DNA of 64,000 nt from Aquificaceae bacterium (lineage in GTDB: Bacteria; Aquificota; Aquificia; Aquificales; Aquificaceae), in contig JAXSNR010000002.1 in NCBI GenBank assembly GCA_037925075.1, positions 32,001 to 96,000 of the forward strand, written 5' to 3'. A model generated the notes under the pieces. The model was not told where the DNA came from. It ran no database searches and was given only the letters and a program-made list of their open reading frames with translations. The translations under genes were made by a program, and so were the position numbers. Within the stretch, counting starts at the first letter, position 1, and every line of letters starts with the position of its first letter. Below, piece after piece: positions 57,333 to 64,000 of the stretch.

Positions 57333-58051
57333 AAGCTCTGATTAAACCTTTCGTACAGGACATCAAGGGACCTTATGAGGTTTGAATAAACTTCGTGGGC
57401 TCTGTGGGTTTGAATAAGATGTGCCATTTCAAGTATAGGGTTCACATTGGAAAGCTCAAGAAAGCCCTGCATAAGCTTGTAGCCTTGAGAAGGTTGAGCT
57501 TGACCCACAAATAGGTCTCTACCAACCTTTTGAGGATTCTGAAGGTCAAAGATTCCAAGGGTGGCAACCTGCTGACCATTTACAAAAACAGACCCATCCG
57601 CACCAAAGACAGGTTGTCCCTCAAGCCTTATCTCCTTTAGGTTTTGGTCAAGTAGCCTGTAGCCAAGCTCGTTAACAAGATAGCCTTCTGCGTCCAGCCT
57701 GAGGTTTCCTTTTCTCGTGTAGAGGACCTCCTGACCCCTTCTGACTGCAAAAAAGCCAGACCCTTCTATGGCAAGGTCAAGGGGATTGCCAGTCTGTCTA
57801 ATCTGCCCTTGTGAGAGGTCCGCGAAGACCCTTTCCACTATTGGATAGAGAAAATTGTTGCTTGGATTTTGAGGGTCGGTGTCCGGAAAGGCTTGACCCA
57901 TAGGTGTTTCCCAAAGGCTTGCCAGCATAAGGTCCTTCTTAAAGGCAGGTGTATCCACGTTGGCAAGGTTGTTGGTTATGGTATCCAGCTTTCTTTGTTG
58001 TAGTAGCATCCCGCTTGAAAGTATGTATAGGGCTTGGTATTCCACCGCCAT
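57329..58051 (-). CDS. Flagellar basal-body rod protein (FlgF/FlgG family)
   Basis: TNNLANVDTPAFK, TGNPLDLAIEGSGFF, YTRKG, LELSNVN. Confidence 0.88.
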   Translation of the reverse strand: MAVEYQALYILSSGMLLQQRKLDTITNNLANVDTPAFKKDLMLASLWETPMGQAFPDTDPQNPSNNFLYPIVERVFADLSQGQIRQTGNPLDLAIEGSGFFAVRRGQEVLYTRKGNLRLDAEGYLVNELGYRLLDQNLKEIRLEGQPVFGADGSVFVNGQQVATLGIFDLQNPQKVGRDLFVGQAQPSQGYKLMQGFLELSNVNPILEMAHLIQTHRAHEVYSNLIRSLDVLYERFNQSF

Positions 58052-58075
58052 CTTTTAACCTCCCCGTTGTATATT

Positions 58076-58300
58076 TTACCTGAAAAGTTTAGAAAGTATC
58101 CCACCTATGTATCCCACCAAAAGACCCACAAAAAAGCTCAAAATCACCAAAAGCCCAAGAGGCAGGGGAGGGATCATATAATAAATACCACCAAAGACTG
58201 GCGTAAGCACCAGAGAAACCTTCTCCTGATTAAGAAAAACAAGGGTTCCAGATATTCCCGCGATTATAATTAGCAAAAGAAAAATTAATACCATCTTCAT
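58076..58300 (-). CDS. Small two-TM membrane protein (LapA-like)
   Basis: TM-FLNQEKV-loop-PLGLLVILSFFVG pattern. Confidence 0.6.
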   Translation of the reverse strand: MKMVLIFLLLIIIAGISGTLVFLNQEKVSLVLTPVFGGIYYMIPPLPLGLLVILSFFVGLLVGYIGGILSKLFR

Positions 58301-59673
58301 GGCATACCCTCCTCCCTTTTGGCTACTTCCAGTCTCTTTAAAAGCTCTTCCCTTGCGGTCCCACCGTAGGTTTTTCTTCTGTCCGCCACCTTTTCTGGGC
58401 TCAAGAGCATCAAGGCATCCTCTTGGTAAAGTTCAGAGAAGCTCCTTAGCTCCTCCAAGGTAAGCTCTTCTGGTCTTTTGCCCTTTTCTATCAAATAGGC
58501 GGTTATGGAACCTACAACCGCGTGTGCTTGTCTGAAGGGAAGTCCCTTTATTACCAAGTAGTTGGCAAGGTCCGTCATTAGGGTAAAGCCTCCGCTTGCC
58601 TCAAGCATCCTGTTTGCCTTTATGCTCATACCTTCCAACACAAGGGTCATGCCTTCAATGCAGTCCCTTATGGTTTTCAAACTGTCAAAAAGTGGCTCCT
58701 TGTCCTCTTGAAGGTCCCTGTTGTACGCCATGGGAAGCCCTTTAAGTGTGGTAAAGAGGCTAAGGAGGTTTCCGTAAAGCCTTCCCGTTTTGCCTCTTAT
58801 GAGTTCAAGTACATCGGGGTTCTTTTTCTGTGGCATTATGGAGCTTCCAGTACATAACCTGTCGGGCAGATCCACAAAGCCAAACTCTTCGGTGGACCAA
58901 AGTATAAGGTCCTCAGAAAGCCTTGAAAGGTGCATACCACAAAGGGCACAGGCATAAAGCACATCAAGGATAAAGTCCCTGTCTGCGGTTGCCTGCATGG
59001 AGTTTCTACAAAGCCTGCCAAAGCCCAAGAGTTCCGCGGTGTAAAATCTGTCCAATGGGAAATCCACACCCGCGACCGCACCAGAGCCAAGAGGAAGACA
59101 GTCCGCACTTTTGTAAGCGTTTATAAATCTTCCCTCATCGCCCAAAAACATCTCCCTGTAGGCTAAAAAGTAGTGGGCAAGCCTTATGGGTTGAGCCCTC
59201 TGAAGATGGGTGTAGGAGGGTAAAAGTATGTCAATAGACCTCTCTGCAAGTTTTATAAGCTCCCTTCTAAGGGACCTAAGGCTTTTTATAACCTCTAAGA
59301 CCTTGTCCTTTATGTAGAGCCTTTCGTCGGTAGCCACTTGGTCGTTTCTGCTTCTTGCGGTGTGGAGCTTTCCTCCAAGATCTCCAAGCCTTCTTATAAG
59401 CTCCGCTTCTATGTTCATATGCACATCCTCAAGCTCTTGTCTAAAGTCAAAGCTTCCTTGGGATATGTCCCTTTCTATGTCTTCAAGACCTTTGAGGAGT
59501 TTTTGGGCTTCTTCTTCTGTTAGCACTCCAGCCTTTTGGAGGGTTTTTACATGTGCCTTACTTTGCCTTATGTCCCAAAGGGCAAGCTCCTTGTCAAAGC
59601 TCACCGATTGGGTAAAGTTCTCCACAAACTTCTCCGTCCTTTCTCTAAACCTGCCTTCCCAAGGCTTTTGCAT
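58297..59673 (-). CDS. argH: Argininosuccinate lyase
   Basis: WEGRF, EDVHMNIE, HTARSRNDQV, YTHLQRAQP, GSSIMPQKKNPD; ATG 59673. Confidence 0.96.
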   Translation of the reverse strand: MQKPWEGRFRERTEKFVENFTQSVSFDKELALWDIRQSKAHVKTLQKAGVLTEEEAQKLLKGLEDIERDISQGSFDFRQELEDVHMNIEAELIRRLGDLGGKLHTARSRNDQVATDERLYIKDKVLEVIKSLRSLRRELIKLAERSIDILLPSYTHLQRAQPIRLAHYFLAYREMFLGDEGRFINAYKSADCLPLGSGAVAGVDFPLDRFYTAELLGFGRLCRNSMQATADRDFILDVLYACALCGMHLSRLSEDLILWSTEEFGFVDLPDRLCTGSSIMPQKKNPDVLELIRGKTGRLYGNLLSLFTTLKGLPMAYNRDLQEDKEPLFDSLKTIRDCIEGMTLVLEGMSIKANRMLEASGGFTLMTDLANYLVIKGLPFRQAHAVVGSITAYLIEKGKRPEELTLEELRSFSELYQEDALMLLSPEKVADRRKTYGGTAREELLKRLEVAKREEGMP

Positions 59674-59756
59674 GGAAAAATTATAAGCTGACACATATCA
59701 GAAAAAAGGGCTATCTGTCGCTTAAAATTTAACATCAACCTAAAAAGGAGGCGATC

Positions 59757-61937
59757 ATGTGGCGGGTGGTCTATACGGGTCAAAGGCCTCACTACGAAAA
59801 CATAGCCCTTGATAGGATAATGCTTGACCTGATGGCTGAGGGTAAAATCCCTCCCACCATAAGGTTTTTACAGTTTAAGCCTGAGTGCGTTTTGGTGGGT
59901 TTCCATCAGGCGGTGGAGCAAGAGGTAAGGCTTGAATACACACAAAGGGAGAATATACAAGTGGGCAGGCGTATAACCGGCGGTGGTGCCATATACTTTG
60001 ACGAAACGCAGATAGGCTGGGAGGTGATCGCAAGCACGGATCATGTGGGAAGCCTTAGCTACGAAGAGCTTACAAAGAAGATTTGCACAGGCGTTGCAAA
60101 GGGACTTCAAAGGCTTGGCATAAGGGCAGAATTTAGACCGAGAAACGACATAGAGGTGGAAGGAAGAAAGATCTCTGGCACTGGGGGAGTTTTTGAGGGT
60201 AAGACCTTTCTCTATCAGGGCACTGTGCTTATGGACTTTAACGTGGAGCGTATGCTTAAGTCCTTGCAAATTCCAGTGGAAAAGCTTACCTCAAAGGGTA
60301 TAAAGTCCGCAGAGGACAGGGTAGAGTGGGTCAAAAGAGCCTTGGGCTATATGCCACAGAAGGAAGAGGTCTTTTCCGCCATATTGGAGGGTCTAAAAGA
60401 AGAGCTTAGTATACAGTACCAATGGGGTGAGTTAAGCGATGAGGAGTTGGCTCTCCTTGAGGAGAAAAGGGACTACTTCAAAAGCGACGAATGGGTCTAT
60501 CATGTAAAGAAGGCACCGCAAGAGGAAGAAATGCTCTTTGGCATATATAGGTGTCCCGGTGGCACCTTTAGGGTCTCTGCCAAGGTGGACTTTCAGAGCA
60601 AGGTACTACAGCAGGTCATAATAAACGGCGACTTCTTTGTCAAACCCCAAAGGCTCATATACGACCTTGAGGCTTACCTAAAGCATACACCAATCGCTGA
60701 TGTGGAGAAGAGGATAAGGGAGTTTTTCTCACAGAGAAGGTGGGAAGGGTTAAACCTAAGCGTGGAAGACCTCGTGGAGGCGGTCCTTTTCCCACTTAGG
60801 AAGATAGAAGGGCTTGATCTAGGCATTGAAAAAAAAAGACTGAATAACATCATAGCCTCCATAGGTGGTGGGCTTATAGAGAACATAAACAAGGCTAAGG
60901 TTATGCTACTTCCTTACTGTGCCAAACCCCGTTGGTGCGACTACAGGCACTTAGACGACTGCGGAGAGTGTGGGGGTTGCACGGTGGGAGATGCCTACAG
61001 GCTTGCCTACCAAAAGGGCATGATACCCATCACCATAACCTCCTTTGAGCTACTCAGAGATACCCTCCTTTGGTGTGCCCAAAATGGGTATACCTACATA
61101 GGGCACTGCTGTTATGAGTTTTACGAAAAAAGGTATGAAATATTCAGGAGGGCGTCCGAAGAGGGAGCAAAGGGCGTGCTTTTTGACATAGTGGGGACCA
61201 CCTGCTACAGTCTTGGAGTGGAAGAGGAGGAGAAGGCTTATCATGGAGAGTTTACGGTAGAGCTGGACCTTATAAAGGAGGACCTATACCGGAGCCTTTC
61301 CATGAAAGAGGATGTAAAAGAGGAAGACAGCAAAAGGGAGGCAAACTTTGACTTTTCCCCCTACCTTGTAGATTTTAGACCCTCCTACTACAAAAAGCCA
61401 AAGGCTGTACCCACACCTGAAGAAGATAAGACAAGGGTCTCCATGGAAAGGGAGGTATTCCTCGGAGAGGCAACCATAGGAGATGAGGTAGTTAGCTATC
61501 TACAAGCCCTCCAAACCCTTGCCCGATGTATAAGGGAGTCGGAAAGGCCCACTCTGGTAGTGGGACCTCTAATCTTTTGGGACTTTGGAGACAAAAGGCT
61601 TCAAGAAAAGGCAAGATTGATAAGAGAGCTGATAGAAAAGGTAGGCAAATTCAACGTAAAGGTCCTGCCAGACTATAGACCAAAGCTGAAAAAGTACGAC
61701 CCTTCCGTGGAGATGGACCCACCAAACCCTCACCATGCGGTCTTACATGGCAAGCATGATCTTACCCTTCTTGTGGGAGTTCATTGCTACAGGACGGACT
61801 TTGTGATAAGGCTACTCAAAAAACACACGGAAACCAAGGTGGTCGCCCTATGCGGTCTTTATGGCCACCCCACCGCAGACCTTTCTACCAGCTTCACAGA
61901 AGCGGAGAAATTGGAAACTTTGCTTAAGCTTCTGTGA
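59757..61937 (+). CDS. Multidomain lipoate-protein ligase: LplA catalytic and accessory domains, Cys-rich (DUF116-like) domain, CdhB/POR-delta-like domain
   Basis: RRITGGGAIYFD, RPRNDIE, RKISGTG, INGDFF; then LLPYCAKP..C....C.ECGGC, GHCC; then PTLVVGP..PDYRPK..VGVHCY..LCGLYGH. Confidence 0.82.
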   Translation: MWRVVYTGQRPHYENIALDRIMLDLMAEGKIPPTIRFLQFKPECVLVGFHQAVEQEVRLEYTQRENIQVGRRITGGGAIYFDETQIGWEVIASTDHVGSLSYEELTKKICTGVAKGLQRLGIRAEFRPRNDIEVEGRKISGTGGVFEGKTFLYQGTVLMDFNVERMLKSLQIPVEKLTSKGIKSAEDRVEWVKRALGYMPQKEEVFSAILEGLKEELSIQYQWGELSDEELALLEEKRDYFKSDEWVYHVKKAPQEEEMLFGIYRCPGGTFRVSAKVDFQSKVLQQVIINGDFFVKPQRLIYDLEAYLKHTPIADVEKRIREFFSQRRWEGLNLSVEDLVEAVLFPLRKIEGLDLGIEKKRLNNIIASIGGGLIENINKAKVMLLPYCAKPRWCDYRHLDDCGECGGCTVGDAYRLAYQKGMIPITITSFELLRDTLLWCAQNGYTYIGHCCYEFYEKRYEIFRRASEEGAKGVLFDIVGTTCYSLGVEEEEKAYHGEFTVELDLIKEDLYRSLSMKEDVKEEDSKREANFDFSPYLVDFRPSYYKKPKAVPTPEEDKTRVSMEREVFLGEATIGDEVVSYLQALQTLARCIRESERPTLVVGPLIFWDFGDKRLQEKARLIRELIEKVGKFNVKVLPDYRPKLKKYDPSVEMDPPNPHHAVLHGKHDLTLLVGVHCYRTDFVIRLLKKHTETKVVALCGLYGHPTADLSTSFTEAEKLETLLKLL

Positions 61938-62015
61938 GTCTTTTCCACAAGCCTGAAGTTCAGGGTTCTTTCTTTTGCAACTTTGCAAAGGGAAAGGTGC
62001 TATATTAGGCTAACC

Positions 62016-63074
62016 ATGATAAGGATTATTCAACAGAATTTTTCGGAAGAGGAGAAGGAAATAGTCCTTGAAATACTTGAAAGCGGTCAGATAACGCGTG
62101 GTAAATGGACATCCCTTTTTCAGGAGGAGTTTGCCAGGTATTTGGGTGTTAAGCATGTATTTACCGTATGCTCTGGCACTGTAGCCCTTTTTGTAGCTTT
62201 GAAAGCCCTTGGTGTTGAGGGTGAAAGGGTGGTGGTCCCTGCCATGAGCTTTATGGCAACCATAGATGCGGTCTATCTTGCGGGCGGAGTGCCAGTGGTT
62301 GTGGATGTGGATGACTACTACACTATGGACCCTCAACAGCTTGAGGATGCGGTAAAAAGATACAGACCCAAGGTGGTCATACCCGTGCACCTGTACGGAC
62401 AGACCGCGGACATGGACGCCATAATGTGGCTTTCAGACAGGTACGGCTTTTATGTGCTTGAGGACTCCGCTCAGGCTCACGGAGCCAAATGGAAAGATAA
62501 AAGGGCTGGCTCTCTTGGGCATCTGTCCGCCTTTAGCTTTTACGCCTCAAAGAACCTCCCCATGGGAGAAGGCGGAGCTATAGCCACTGATGATGACAGG
62601 CTTGCCAAGGAGATAAAAAAATGGATAGACTTTGGGGACCATCCTGCCTTTAACCTGAGGATTACCGAGTTTCAGGCAGGTATAGGGTATGTTCAGCTCA
62701 AAAAACTGGAAGAAAACAACAGAAAAAGAAGAGAAACAGCATTTAGATATATGCAATCCCTAAACGGTGGCTTTGTCCATCCTGTAGAGAGGGAAAAGGC
62801 TTACCACGTATACCATCTTTATACTCTAAAACATCCAAACAGAGACCTTATGGTAGAAAGGTTAAAGGAAAAGGGTGTAGATGCAAGGGTGTACTATCCA
62901 TATCTTTTGCACGAACTCAGGTCCGCAGAACACCTTCCCACGCCCAAGGCGGAGAAGTTCAGAAAAGAGGTCTTTTCCATACCTGTCCATCCATACTTAT
63001 CTGAGGAAGAAGTAAACTTTATCGTTGACGCTCTTGTGTCTGAGGTTGGGTTAGTTCCGCACCCCTTATGTTGA
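62016..63074 (+). CDS. DegT/DnrJ/EryC1/StrS family aminotransferase
   Basis: CSGTVAL, PVHLYGQ, EDSAQAHG, FSFYASKNLPMGEGG; ATG 62016. Confidence 0.92.
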   Translation: MIRIIQQNFSEEEKEIVLEILESGQITRGKWTSLFQEEFARYLGVKHVFTVCSGTVALFVALKALGVEGERVVVPAMSFMATIDAVYLAGGVPVVVDVDDYYTMDPQQLEDAVKRYRPKVVIPVHLYGQTADMDAIMWLSDRYGFYVLEDSAQAHGAKWKDKRAGSLGHLSAFSFYASKNLPMGEGGAIATDDDRLAKEIKKWIDFGDHPAFNLRITEFQAGIGYVQLKKLEENNRKRRETAFRYMQSLNGGFVHPVEREKAYHVYHLYTLKHPNRDLMVERLKEKGVDARVYYPYLLHELRSAEHLPTPKAEKFRKEVFSIPVHPYLSEEEVNFIVDALVSEVGLVPHPLC

Positions 63075-63765
63075 GTATAACTATTTCTACTCTCCTGTTT
63101 TGGGCTCTGCCCTCAGGAGTGGCGTTAGAAGCCATGGGTCTCGTGTCCGCATAGCCTGAAGCTTTTAGCCTTTCTGGGTTTATACCTTTGGCTATAAAGT
63201 ACCTGACGATAGAGCCAGCTCTTGCTGTAGAAAGTTCCCAGTTGGAGGGAAACTTATCCGTGGATATGGGTATGTTGTCCGTGTGCCCCTCCACCTCTAC
63301 GGGATTTGGAAGGTCCTTTATTATTTCGTAGAGTTTGTCAAGCACTGGCCTCATTTCTGGCTTTATGTCCGCACTTCCCGATTCAAAAAGGAGCTTTTCC
63401 TGAAGTATGAGCCTTATACCTATGGCTTCATAGGCTATTTTAAATTCACCTTCAAGCCCCATTCTTTTTAGCATCTCCTGAAGCTCCAGAAGCTGTCTTT
63501 GAATTTTTCTTCCCTTTTCCGTGGGTTCTGCTCTTTTTAGCACAGGTTCTGGGAGTATTTGCTTAGGTAGTGTTTCCTGAAAGGGTACAAGTCTCATGCC
63601 AAAGGCTTTTGCAAAAGCCTGAGCGTATTCAAGGGCAGCTTGTTTTCCCGCCTGAGCCATAGCGAAGAGGGCTATAAAAAGGCATAAAAGTAATGTAAGA
63701 AAGTCCGCATAGGGAATCGCCCACTTTTCGGAAACTTCCTCTGGACACTTTTTCTTCCTTGCCAT
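63019..63765 (-). CDS. motB: Flagellar stator protein MotB
   Basis: WAIPYADFLTLLL (conserved Asp); OmpA-like EGHTD, SNWELSTARA, NRRVEI. Confidence 0.94.
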   Translation of the reverse strand: MARKKKCPEEVSEKWAIPYADFLTLLLCLFIALFAMAQAGKQAALEYAQAFAKAFGMRLVPFQETLPKQILPEPVLKRAEPTEKGRKIQRQLLELQEMLKRMGLEGEFKIAYEAIGIRLILQEKLLFESGSADIKPEMRPVLDKLYEIIKDLPNPVEVEGHTDNIPISTDKFPSNWELSTARAGSIVRYFIAKGINPERLKASGYADTRPMASNATPEGRAQNRRVEIVILNIRGAELTQPQTQERQR

Positions 63766-64000
63766 CACTTGACCTCAACGTAGGAGCTAAGCCTTTCTTC
63801 AATAAGCCTCGGGTTTTCACCCCTTACCATCATCCTACAGGCGTCCAGTATCATATACATCCTCAGGATTTCTTCTTTTGACTTTATCTTGATCTTTTTG
63901 GAAAGTGGGCCAAACACAAGATAGGAAAAGGTTATACCATAGACGGTTGCCACAAAAGCTGCAGATATGCCGGCAGCAAGCTCCTGAGCGTTATCAAGGC
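63765..64000 (-). CDS. motA: Flagellar stator protein MotA, C-terminal part (5' end beyond the window)
   Basis: LAAGISAAFVATVYGI..GP..KIK...GENPRLIEERL; stop overlaps the motB start. Confidence 0.9.
   Translation of the reverse strand, partial: LDNAQELAAGISAAFVATVYGITFSYLVFGPLSKKIKIKSKEEILRMYMILDACRMMVRGENPRLIEERLSSYVEVK

Overview
Gene-dense bacterial chromosome segment. The protein set (stand-alone 5'-3' exonuclease, thermophile KaiC-like ATPase, Thermus/Aquificae-type AioA, shuffled non-operonic gene order) suggests an Aquificaceae member such as Hydrogenobacter or Thermocrinis; this is inference. Most of the window is housekeeping (miaB, frdA, argG/argH, aroD, ispD, tyrS, rsmH/E/A, rnhB, rplS, purE, epmA, tRNA-His, HU, lnt, tamB, nth, mtnP, speE, fur, thiE, motAB). 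Four accessory regions stand out. (1) An AT-rich wecB-YaiO-membrane protein-GT2 surface-glycan cassette at 1-3.1 kb. (2) A head-to-tail array of three Uma2 nucleases with near-constant scaffolds and a swapped variable segment at 14.2-15.7 kb. (3) An arsenite oxidase aioBA pair with a sigma-54 promoter, lying between two decayed IS elements at 37.2-41.4 kb. (4) An AT-rich Type III R-M locus at 47.6-54.6 kb, where an intact mod-res pair follows the relic of an older mod-[class II glutamine amidotransferase]-res operon in which only the amidotransferase survived. Also notable: a lipoate ligase fused to Cys-rich and POR/OGOR-delta-like domains, a probable +1 frameshift in a CoA-activase gene, and repeated compact bidirectional/leaderless -10 promoters. 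All calls come from reading motifs by eye; no searches were run.
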